Shown here: one piece after another, positions 11,746 through 23,476 of the stretch
How positions within the stretch are numbered: the first letter of the stretch is position 1
Layout of the letters: each line of letters opens with the position of its first letter
From: Lama glama
Lineage: Eukaryota
DNA length: 64,000 nt
Direction of reading: 5' to 3'
NCBI GenBank assembly: GCA_028534125.1
Contig: CM052817.1
Span: 84,694,001 to 84,758,000, forward strand
Made by a program: the position numbers and the translations under genes
The notes under the pieces: model-generated
The model's database searches: none
The model's input: only the letters and a program-made list of their open reading frames with translations
What the model was told of the DNA's origin: nothing

Positions 11746-11999
11746 CGGAAAAGATGGTTGAGATGAATCATGATTGGAATCACAACGATGGCGACAAACA
11801 TGGAGGTGCAGACAATGTTAATGTGGCTTCCTCTGAAGTTCAACATGGCATGAGGCCCAGTGTCGTCAGGAGGAGAGGGGTGTTCAGAAGCAGGTGAGAG
11901 GGAGTGATAGTAAACAGCTCAGTGAGGCTGATGGAATCAGGATGTTAGAGTCAACAGGTGTCTTGGTGATCATTTGGAAGAATTCCTTCATCTTACAGA

Positions 12000-12429
12000 A
12001 ACACCGTTTTGACTAATACATACCTGAAAATTTACATTTCCTTAAATTAAGAATGTAGGCCACAAATCACAGTATTAGAACAGTACCTATAATTTTGTCC
12101 CCCATAGAAATCACAGCTATTTTCAGATATTTATGATTATAACAGATATTTTGAAATATCATCTAGAATCATCCCTACTTCAAAACTGCAGTGTTTATTA
12201 GAACTGCCAACGTTAGACCTACTTTTTTTATTGAGGTAATAAAGAAGAATAGATATTACTCTACCACAATTTTGTTTTTCAAATGTTTGATAACTGTATT
12301 TCAGTGTAGTTGGTTTTCTTTATATTTCTTTGATTTCATTTTGTACATTTAAACCCGTTCCTCTGAGAAGGGTTTCACAGGCTTCATCAGACTATCAAAG
12401 GGGTCTATGGCCCAAAATGATTACCCCTG
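12000..12429. mobile_element. hAT-Charlie DNA transposon remnant (MER119/Charlie7-like)
   Basis: End 'tctgagaagggtttcacaggcttcatcagactatcaaaggggtctatggcccaaaatgattacccctg' matches the recalled family terminus. Confidence 0.7.
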
Positions 12430-12612
12430 TGACAAGGAAATGGGGGCCTAGAGGGCTTGTGGGGCCAAAAATCTTGTAGCTAATTGGTGTTAGCTCTGAA
12501 GCCAGCACCTGGATCTCCTAATCTCTAGTGAGGCTCTCACCACTACCATGCGGATGCCTTTTGGTGTGGAGGAGAATGAGAAGTTGTAGCAGAAATAGAG
12601 TAGTTCTGAGAG

Positions 12613-12974
12613 TATCATAGACTGAGTATTTGTGTGCCCCCAAATTCATAAGTTGAAATCTTAACCAGTAATGAAATGGTATCAGGATGTGGGGCCTCTG
12701 GGAGGAAATTAGGTCATCAGGGTGGAGCTCTCATGAATGAGATTACTGTCCTTGTAAAAGAGACCCCCGAAGAACTCTCCTGCCCCTTTCTGCCACGTGA
12801 GGAAATGGCAAAAAGACAGCCATCTATGAGCCAGGAATGATGCTCAACGGACTCCAGATCTCTCAGTGCCTTTACCTGGGACTCCCCTGCCTCCAGAGCT
12901 GTGAGAAACACGTGTTTGCCGTTTAGGCCACACGCTATGGTGCTTTTGTTACAACAGCTAAAATGGACTAAGGA
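12613..12974 (+). mobile_element. MaLR solo LTR, MLT1A0-type
   Basis: Colinear with recalled MLT1A0: 'ccccaaattcataagttgaaatc', 'agggtggagctctcatgaatg', 'gcctccagagctgtgagaaa', 'atggactaag'. Confidence 0.88.
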
Positions 12975-14035
12975 GGACAAGTGGAATGGTTGGAGGTGGG
13001 CTCCCTGCTGATTTCAGCTCCTTTACCAACTCTCCTTCACATATACGTTGAGCAAAGAGAAAGTAAATCCTTCTGTCTAGCGTGGAGGAGAACATCTTGT
13101 GAGCAGCCTCTGTCTGGGAAATTTGTGCCCAGTATTTGATAAATTATCTTGCTTTTTATTCCACTATCAATTCCCAAATTCTCTGCTCCTTCTCATCAGA
13201 GCTTGTGTCAGGACCCAGCCTGCCTTAGATTCTGACATTATCTTTCTGCTGTGTTAAACTTTCATAAATCTACCAAACTTTTCCAGAGATGTTTTAAGAT
13301 GCTAGCTTTCCTACTTTGGACAGTGTCTCTATGGGAAACCTTCCAGTCTTCTTTGCCTTGGTGGAGAGAAATGGACCCGCACAGGGTGACAGGAAGCAAG
13401 AATGTGCTAGAAGGGGCGCAGGGAGTGACTGGGGACATTGGCCTGCAATGTGAAGAAAAAAAACTCAATAGGGCACAACCAAAAGGTCTAGCAGAGGAGA
13501 CCTAGGTGGGCATTAGGTTTAGGATGTAGCAGAATGGTTCTGTGGAAACAGAAGACACTGGCTGGAAAAAAATATTAAATGTTTAGTGCTTTTAGAAGAG
13601 ACGTATCCATTTGCCATTGCTGAAAAAGCAAACATTTGAAAATTTAGCTCTAAGATTTTTCTCATCTGATTAATTTTGCAGAAAAATAGCATATTTCCCA
13701 AGTCAGATTCTAATATTTCTGTGTTATACTCTATCAGGAGAGCAAATTTCCTTTATGAAAATAAAAAGCCAGAAATGGTATAGTTTTATATTTCACTTTC
13801 CCTTTATAATCAATAGTTTAAAAGTTAAGGAAATAGAAACAAAAAAATTTGAGGATGAGATGTTTGTATAATGAGTCAAGTTAATGACTCCAGTCTGTCA
13901 AAAATGCTTTTTGTAATCCTCTTTCATTTAGAACAGCAAGTATAGTCAGTAGAGTAAAACTTTAGTCATGTAAAGCATTTTTTTACTTGTTTATATGAAA
14001 TGAGAACCAACAATTTAATACTGTTAGTGATCTTT

Positions 14036-14049
14036 TGTGTGTGTATATT

Positions 14050-14096
<47 letters not shown>

Positions 14097-14112
14097 CAGA
14101 GAAAGAGAGAGA
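14036..14112. repeat. Compound microsatellite (TG)n(GA)n
   Basis: Directly visible TG run followed by a GA/GACA run. Confidence 0.95.
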
Positions 14113-17100
14113 CCTTTCTTCACCTTAAATATCTCCGAAACAGGGTTTTTTTTTTCCCCATTAGGAACTCTGGGCAAATCTAAATACTGCCAGTGATATC
14201 ATAAAACCGATTTTCTGTTTTTATTTCTTCTTGAATTAACATTTGGCTCTCCTGTTCATTTACCTGTCTTATTTATTTGTTTGTTTATATGTGTCAAATA
14301 GCTAAAGGTATAGAAAAATCAGTATTTTCTACTCTTTGCAATTTTTCTAGGTTGCCAGATTCATTGAGAGTCCTGGCTTATTAATACACCTGACTTTTCC
14401 AGCATTTATCACAAATGTAAATGAACAGTCTGTGGTGTAGCCTGTTTTCAGGATTGCTCTGATGATCATGTTGCTATGGTGATAACAGAGCATACAGGTT
14501 CAGGAGACAGTATTAGTAATGCAGCAGCTTGAAACTTAATCAGTGCACTGCGACTTCTCCCCCATATTTCAATATCACTTCGGCAAATTGAATTTCAGGC
14601 AGTTGTCAGTCCAATGTATTCCCTGTGGTTTCTCCTCTGCAAAATTGCCTCTTTATTCTATACACTGATGATCATGGAGTAATTGAAATCTGCAGCTGTT
14701 TGTCATGCTATTTATACAACTCTGTCTTGTAGCCAGCAACCTTTGTATGGTGTGCACTGCAGGTAACAATTAGATCTAGAAACCTCTTTTTGGCTGAACA
14801 AGTGAATGATTGGTTTCCCCTAATACTCCTGATTTTGGATACTTTATGTGATGCCTTGTTTTGTGGGGGAAAGTTCAGCCAAGGTTTAATCACAGTCTAT
14901 TACAGCAGCACGACTGGGCTTTGCATTCTTTGCTTCCAACGATTGTGAGACAACTGGAGTGCTAAGAAAAAGGGCTCTCTCCTCAGGGAAGGTGCCCCCC
15001 TGATCCCCCAATGATCTGCTCTCCAGCCGTGTCAGATACCGGACTCTCCAGCTTCTAGTGGTCCTGAAACATTTGCAACAATAGATGTGAAAACACAATT
15101 CAGTGTGGAAAAGAAAGTAACGATCCGAGGCATGTGCTACAGCTCAGGCATGGAACAATGCTTTCTCTTTAGGCTGCTTTGCAACTCGGAACTTCAGCCC
15201 CTTGCTCTTTCCCAGTGAACTGTTCCATTATCAAATCTCTCCATAGCCCTTTTGGGGTTGTTTTGAGGGTCACTACATGATTTTTTTTTTTCTGACTGTG
15301 AACTCCAGGGGAACATAAACTGCACTTTATTTGGAGCCCAGCAGGTAGAAAGTGTCTCTTCTTTTCTGCCCCCTATAATAAGTGCTGACAGAAGTGGGAA
15401 GCTATTGCATTCTCCCCTCAGCTGAAAGTAGATGGCTTCACTTTATGTGTTTCTTCCACCAAAAAAGTGGGCATGATAGCATGAGACGGGAATGGAGGAT
15501 TTCCTGTTTTTATAAAATGAAAGATGAAATGACTGGGAAAGAGCTGGGTCTTTAGAGATCCAGGAGGGAGCTGGTCTTTCTCGTCCCTCCATGCCCCATC
15601 AAGAGTCTTTCCTACACATTCCTCCTCTTTCCAGCGTTGAGTGACTGAGGACCACAATTACCTGCTTTCTAGCTAAGCCCCTTCCCTGCTGTGTGCATTC
15701 TTCTCTTCTCTCCCCTCCAGCCCCAAAGATCTCTCCTCCCCCTTGCTGTTGTGGTATTCAGACACCGACATTGTCTAGAGGTTCTTTGTACAGTTTAAAA
15801 GCTACTGAAGGTCAATCTGTGAACAATTTTTTTGTTGTTGCTGTGGAATACCAACTGGGTATAGAAAAGAAAAATACTAAGAGAGCTTTTAATGGAATAA
15901 TCAGCCACAAACATGAATTGCATCTCTACATTGCATAACGAATGCAAATAGGAGAACTAAGTTTTGCACTGTTTTGAAATATCAGGGTTTTTTTCTCCAA
16001 TTTATTGAGAAAGTTGTCCAGCAATTTGACAGTCTTTACTTAGCTAGTTACTGCCTTCTGGCCAGTGTGTGTATTATACGATAGTGACTGCTCCAAGCAG
16101 ATGGCTTTGTATGTCCCTACAAGAGCCAACGAAAAATCTGAAATTTAGTGGATTTTTGTGGATTGATGTTAGCTGGTGATCCTGGGAGTCTCTCTGTAGC
16201 ATCACGTAGACATCCTTTATTTCCCTCAAGGCTGCATAAGCATTATCCCCCTCAATTCCTTTCAATGATACTTTAGTTCAAATGCCAGTGGAACAAATTC
16301 AAGGGCAGAGCTGTAATTAGGGCAGAGGGCACGAAAATTTAGAGGATACCTACATATAAAATGATGTTTAAAAAGATTGCTACATTTACGAGTTTACAGC
16401 ATATGCACTCCTTCAGCATTACAGGAACAAGTGATCTCAATACCTACTTAGCAAGAGTGATTGACTCAAACAGGAGGCTACCAGATGGCTCAGCATTGTT
16501 AATAACACCCATCTGAGGGCTGCATCATGAATCACAAAGTTGAGGGCAAATTTTAAGGCTCCAGGTGGCAAATGTAAAATGAGACTGTTTAAAATCTTTA
16601 TTTTTTTTTAAAAAAGAAATGAATATCAAATTGCAAAGTAGAAACACTTCTCACTCTTTTTTGTTATATACTTATTGCTACTTAGTTATACAGAATTTGC
16701 TGTAAATTGACTTGTTTTAAACAAACAAACAACAAAAAAACTGAGTTATTTAAAAATGTTGTGCTGTGGGGGGGTTCTTTTCATTTAAATCCTTGCTTCC
16801 TCCCTCCCTCTCTTTTTCTTTTTTATCGGTTACAATCAAAAGTACATGCAGGTGATACTTAGGGAGTCTGTAGGGTTATCACTTTGGGTTTGTGGGTTTC
16901 TGTTTTGATGACCTCAGGTAACCCTTTTCATACCACAGAAAGAATCATGTTTAATTCCACTTAAAAGTACTTCTCCAAGTTTGAGACTTTCCTAGGTTCC
17001 CATCTGGAGAGGTTCCAGGGTTTCTTAATTAGGAAATCCTGGAAGCCTGCATGAAGTGGGCCTCTAGAGACCACTCCTTGGACTTCTTAGAGGAAATCTC

Positions 17101-18534
17101 ACTGTCCTTCCCTTTAGGAATTGACTAGACCAAGAGTGAATAAACTGATTTCCTGGTCCACCTGTGATCCCGGATTTATTGAATCTATTTAAACTTATGC
17201 ATGCTTTTTAAAATTATTCTCGTCCGCCTCATGGGTATGTACCAAAACATTGTCCGGCCAAAGCAGCCTGTGGGCTTTCATTTACATAGGGGCTGAAATC
17301 ACATTTCTCTGAGCCCCGACCCATTCCACCCATAAGGAATTCATCCCCTCAAAGGTTCCCAGGCTATTTCTGGAAGTCCCTGAATGCGTGTCTCACATCC
17401 GAGCACAAGCACATCCAGTACGCTCTCTATTTCCAGGTCCCGGGGCCTCTGAGAGTCTCACCTCAGTTGCTGCTCACTGTGCTTACCTTTTGGGTCAAGG
17501 GTCTCATCTTTGCCCATTTGCAGGCCTCAGAGGCACAGAGGTGAGGAGAATTATTTTCAACTCTAAGTTATATTTGGTCATTTAGGCTCTACATCAGCTC
17601 TGTTTATGCCAAAATTTAGATATTAATTACAACTTTTGAGTGCTTATTATGTATTATTGGGTTTTTTGTGGGGGAGGGTCTTTAAAAAAACTTTTATGAA
17701 TTGGTCCTCCATTCCAGTCCCTCAGCCCCTCTCCAGCTTCTCATAAATTCACCTGTCAGTCACGGCCCTCACTCCATAGGAATTCAAATCTGCTCCAAGG
17801 AGCCAGATGGGGGCATTTTCAGCCCTCCGTGCCTGTATCCTGAAGCAGCCTAATCTTCCTGGGGTAATTCATCTTATCCCGAAAACAACCTAATTTCTTT
17901 CTTTCCTTTCTTTCTTTCTTTTTTTTTTTTTTTAAACTCTCTTCTATGCTAACTAGGCCAGGTTATACTTTCTCCTTGGAAACACAGTAACTTATGTATC
18001 TGAAGTCTCTGATAAGTGCTTTGCTTTATATTTTGCACAATTAATAGGCTTAGTAGAGTGGCTAATATCTCCTAAGAATTGCCTGTTCAAAGGTAAATTC
18101 AAATTTCTTTCAAAACAGAGAACTACTTGAACCTCAGATTTGCAGTTTTCCCAGATTCTGCCTTCTCTGTCAGAGACACAGAGACCTTTGGGTCATGTTT
18201 CAGACATGGCTTGAGCACTCAGACATCTGGGCTTCCCCATCCTTCAGTTGTGTCTCCCAAGCAAATATCTTAGGAATGAGAAGCCTAAAAGCCAGGAAGA
18301 TCGGGTGTCTCCCTGTGTGTGTGTGTGTGTTTCCCAGGGAAGTCAGGGACAAGGTCATCACCAGGGCAAGTGCTGCTGATTCTCTATTCACACAGCACAA
18401 AAGAGAGGAGGCCACATGCACTGGTCACGTGCTGGTAATAGAAGATGGACTGACGACCTTGTTTATCCACCTGGGACACTTGGTTTCACCTCTGGAACTC
18501 AGGTGCAGTGCGTGGACTTGTATGACACCAGCAT

Positions 18535-19240
18535 CATTCACTCACTCATTCTTTCATTCACCGTATGCATTTACTGTACTGGGTACCAAGCACCCGTGAG
18601 TATAGTCCAGAGCAAAATCATCAGAAATCCCTGTTCTCATGGAGCTTATAGTTTGGTCATAGGAGACAGGCAGTAAACAGGGTAAGTAAATGACAGAGTG
18701 TGATATTTAGTGATAAGTACTAAGGAGAAAAATAAAGCAGGGAAGGGAATACGCAGTGCTGTCGTAGGGTGGGTTCCAGTTTTAAATGGTGATACCCTGA
18801 GAAGGAGATGCCTGGGCAAAGATCTGAAGAAGGTGAGCCATGAAACTACCTGAGAAAAGAATCCACACGGGGGAAAGCTGGGGTGAGGCTGTGGAGGGCT
18901 TCCTGTAGGATTCCAGCTTCTCCTGTGCATGAGGAGGAAAGAGGCTGGGGGACGGGAGTCCCATTTCCTGGGACGGGGAGACTGCAGGAGAGGCAGATCC
19001 AGGGTGAGGAGAGGTGCCCAGGAGCTTGGCTTTGGTCATGTTAAGTCTGAGGTGCACGTAGAGCTGCTGAAGAGGCAGCTGTAGAGTGTCTGCATGTGTT
19101 CAGGGGTGAGAGCAGGGCCGGAGACATCAGGTGGGAGTCCTCAGAGCAAATGGTGTGTAGAGCCATGAGGTAGGGTGAGGCTCACAAGGGCAGCACCAGG
19201 CCCCCCTGGAGTCAGTGTTGGCAGAGTGAAGGAGAGGCCA
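18535..19240 (-). mobile_element. LINE-2 (L2a-like) 3' portion
   Basis: (CATT)-like tail, 'ccctgttctcatggagcttatagt', 'gataagtactaaggagaaaaataaagcagggaaggg', 'tttggtcatgttaagtctgaggtg'. Confidence 0.85.
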
Positions 19241-19339
19241 GTGGCAAGGCTGGATCCTTTCTTATGGCCCTGTCCACCTGCTGGAACTTGGGCCCAGAGC
19301 TCACAGAATTAGATTTAACCAAGTTTGGGTCTCCCCAGG

Positions 19340-19680
19340 ATGGTAGGAGGGGAGAAATGAGGGGAGAGAGTGTGCAAAGAGGTGATTATGATCAGGGGTT
19401 GTGGAGTTTACCTGTAAACTTATGGAGGGTAAAAAGAATATAAAGGGATGGATTCAAGGAAGAGTGGTGGGGTCAGGGAGAGTTATAGGAGCTGGCATTC
19501 TCAAGGAATAAGCTGGAATGATAAGAGGAGAAAATTGGGGCTTGGGGTGTTTCAACAGAGACTGTAAAAGCCTTGGAGTCATTTGTAATGACAGAGTTTA
19601 TGGTTATCGTTTCAGGGTGGGCTGTGACCCACTTCAACTGTTGTGGAATAGGTTTAGGAGTCAAGATCAGCATTATTAAA
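19340..19680 (-). mobile_element. LINE-2 internal fragment
   Basis: Purine-rich block with 'gtaatgacagagtttatgg...caagatca' resembling more 5' L2 ORF2 sequence in antisense. Confidence 0.45.
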
Positions 19681-22517
19681 ATGAAACAGCATAAACTGGG
19701 GGCATGGAATTACCTAGAGAGCACGAGCTGTTTGCATGTGTTGATCGCTCATTAGTCAACTATGTCATAGATACTTCTATTTTAAAGGCCACCATTACAA
19801 TGGGTGGAAATAAACACATATGAGAATTTTACACTTAAAGGAATTTACAATCTATAAAATTTTCATCTGAACCCTGTCCTGAAAGATCTTATTCCTCCTC
19901 TAAGAACCTAAGGATATCACCATCTGTGAACTGCGGTGTTAGGCTTCAGTGAGGATTATGCAAAAAATGAGGTGTGTTGCTTGATGCCTAGTGAACTAAA
20001 GAACGAAGTGAGCAAAGATTGCCGATTGTAAGCCGAAGCCTGCCCTCAGCACACAGCTCCCAGGCGATGGACAGCAGCATATGAATGGCTAAGAGCAGAC
20101 GTGAACTTTGAAGCAAATTGCTTTTTTCTTCAAATGTTCCTTTCTTTCCAAGCTTACTTCAGTGCAGATATGTCTCCTGAACAAGTAAATTTCAAGGACT
20201 AATTTAGAATCTTGGATCCATTCTGTGGATGCTATGCTGGTCATTGTCAGCAGCACATTTGGGCACCAGAAGTTGCCAAGGATGGTTCAGATAGCGGAAC
20301 AGGGTGACTAACATTAAGACGGCTTCTTATTCTTCACTGGTTTCTTAGAGAAATGTTCTTTCACGTAAAAGGGCCTCCGATGCCCCAGTTTCTTTCTTTC
20401 TCATCCTTTAACAGGTAACATGATTAGCTGAATTAAAATCAGGAGTAGTATCACATGTGTACAGCACATTGTTATTTTTTGCAGGCTTCTTAAAAAGTAG
20501 AGCACGCACAGGAAAAAATGAAAACTGTAAAAAAGTTATATACGGAAAAGCCGATTTATTTCTTACTTCTTTCTTACCTCATATTCTTGTTTTGCCTTCA
20601 TTAGAAATAAGGCAAGATGGTCCTTCTAGGGTCTTCATTTGCGATGTTGCCACTCCTGGTTCCCAGTCAGTAGAACTGGTGTGGTGAGTTGTTTTTCTGG
20701 GGCAAGGAAATGGGTTACTGATAATCAGACTCTTTTCCCTTTGGTGGCCAATATCAAGAGTTTAAAAGGTGATGGGCAGAGTGAGGAGCAGAATTCAGGA
20801 TCCGATCACACCTGGCATCTGCATGTTGTGCCTAGAAACTCTGGGGGAACCATATGTAGACAAGCACACCCAAATTGAAATCGGAATGGGATAGTTCTCT
20901 GGGATATGAGACTTATTTTCCTCATTAGAAAAAAGGAAGAATTGGCCTGAGAGGTTATCCTTATTTGGGTGGAAACTTTAAAAAGCCAGTGATGCAGACA
21001 GTCCTCATTAAAATACCACCTGTGTGCTTCAGTCCCCTTGGGAAAACTACCAACACCAAGAAAGGGTCGAGCCGGCTCGGGAAGTTCTAAATCACATCAA
21101 TTATTCTTATGCAGCCCCAGAATCCAGTTTTTGGTTTAAAAGGTTGAAACTTGCTAAGGATGTTTTTGCTCTTGCTGTGTGGACCCCAATGAGAAGGAAT
21201 TATAAAAGGTTATTGCGGCCGGGTCTGAGAAAGTCCTGTCGATTTAGAGGGAAGAAAATGCAAATAGACATTATAAAAGATTACTTTCTGTGCTGCTAAT
21301 GATCACTTTTGGTTTTGGTTTTCCTGAACATTCAGGAAAGAAAAAGAGCTCACAGGAAAGGAATTTGTTGCAAAAGAACAATTGCCCAGTACATTACACA
21401 GCACAGTAGGGTTATAATGAGTACGAGAAAGTGCAATATCTAACCAACCCTCAGAGTTCCAGGAATAGTTTGATTCAACTTCTTATACAGAATGCTGAGC
21501 AACCAGATACTTTTGCCCAAAGGATCAGACTGCAATTGTTTTGAAAGTTTCTTGGGGGAAATGCAATTAGTGACAAGATTTAATAAAGCCACAACAACTG
21601 AATGTGATGATGAGCCCCCATTCTTTTGTTCTTTCCATGTAATGTAAGAAAATAGCAAGAAAACGATTACATTATAACTAAATGAATTAAACAAAGCTCC
21701 AAAACATAAATTAGAATTTAACTATACCATTAAAAACTAATTTAATTTGCAAGCCATTATTACTAGATAATAAAGACCCATTGCAAAATGTACAACAATA
21801 TCTTGTGAACATGTGAAAAAAAAAACAAGTAATAAATCTCATTGAGCAGATGAGTTTCTGTTACATTAGCAGATAAAAATGCTGAATGGATGTTTCAGGA
21901 TTTAATGAAAACCAGCAAGTAATGGAGCAATTGGTTTGCTTAATTTTTTTTGGAGGAGGGTGTGTGTGTCATAAATGGTTTTATAGTTAAAGGAAGGCCT
22001 CAGGGAAAGTTAGAGAAGCACAGTGTATGGATTTGGTACAATAAAACCTACTCTCAAACGAAGACAAAGAAAAGACATTTAAATATTCTGTTCGTCAGCA
22101 TGAGAAATTTATAATCTACTCCATTCAAGTGCCAATAATATTTTGTTTTAGCTATTTGAAAATCTGGTGAAAAATGCTGCCTTGTTTTTATAGTGTATCC
22201 TATTAAACTGAACTGGAAATAACAAGGTATATGTAAAACAACCCAAGAGATGAGAATAAAAAATATGTTTAGTTCCGGGGTTACTATTTTAAAACTTACT
22301 AAGAAAATATCATTAACATTTCCTCATCTGATTAAAATACAATACAGATGAGTTTCAGAAAATTCATTTTATTGGAAATGAGTTTTAAATTATGTTCTCT
22401 AATAAAATAGCTGACAATAAGTATCTTTTCCCTACCTGGACTTTTATTGCTGGAAAAGTGGAGTCTGGGCCTGCAGGTAGAATCCAGTACCATTTTACTG
22501 ACAGTCATCCTGGAGTG

Positions 22518-22536
22518 CTGCCAGCAGATGGCAGTA
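22518..22536 (+). promoter_or_regulatory. Candidate CTCF binding site
   Basis: ctgCCAGCAGATGGCAGta matches the core consensus CCASYAGRKGGCRS exactly and lies in non-repeat sequence. Confidence 0.6.
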
Positions 22537-22818
22537 TAACCCTGCTTTTCTAGCCTGGCCTGCTTCAGCATTTAAAATTATTATAATAATTTTTATGGCA
22601 TCACAGCATTAATATACAGTGGAGATGAAAACTTTTACCCTGGCTGTGTCATTCCATTTGAGGCTGTGCAGTGACTCTGGGTGGTAATCTGCTTCTGAGT
22701 AGAGACCCGACTGTCTCTTCCACATGGTGATGCTCCTGTGTAGATTTTCACATACTAAATTATTGCGGTCATGTTTTTATTAAATTGATGGGGATTTCAT
22801 ACAGTTGGACATACTCAC

Positions 22819-23166
22819 TGTTATGGACTGGATGTTCATGTCACTTCCCGCTTCCCTCCATCCCCCATTCATGTGTCCAAGCCCTAACCCTGATTGTGTT
22901 GGTATTAGAAGGTGAGGAATTTGGAGAGGTAAGTAGGTTTACATGAAGTCATGAGAGTAGATACCCCATCGTGGGATTTATGCCCTTAGAAGAGGAGGAA
23001 GAGACACCAGAGTTTGTCTCTCTACTATGTGAGGATCCAGCAAGAAGGCGGCTATCTGCACCTTGATCTTGGACTCCTAGCCTCCATAACTGTGAGAAAT
23101 AAGCACCTCTGGTTTAAGCCACTCATCTCTGGTATTTTGTTACAGCAGCTTGAGCTGACTGAGACA
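22819..23166 (+). mobile_element. MaLR solo LTR, MLT1A-type
   Basis: TG...CA termini ('tgttatggactg'...'gactgagaca'), MLT1A motifs, near-perfect 5-bp TSD CTCAC/CTCAT. Confidence 0.9.
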
Positions 23167-23344
23167 CTCATTTATGTTTTACACTGTCATGAAATTTTAA
23201 CATTAAAAAAGGTTAACGTGTGGCTTAAACGTCATCTTGCCTCTGCAGCAGTTCCTCAGTTACCCCGCTGGGCTGGTGCTCCTCTTCTATGCTGCATTTT
23301 CCTGTTTACAGGCCTTGAGACTTACTGTTTTCTCTTGAGGTTTT

Positions 23345-23476
23345 CTGTGTATGTATTTGCTTTCTCACTAGACTGTAGGCTTCCCAAGGACAGTGCTACG
23401 TTTTAGTTCTTGAAACCTGGCATTCCACCCACTGTTGGGCATCTTCTAGTCATTCAAAAGGATTTGTTGAACTGGC
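23345..23476 (+). mobile_element. LINE-2 3' end
   Basis: 'cactagactgtaggcttcccaaggacag...atttgttgaactg'. Confidence 0.7.

Noticed and set aside
20046..20078. REST/NRSE half-sites (TCAGCAC ... GGACAGC)
   Set aside because: The spacer is far longer than canonical and the left half is imperfect.
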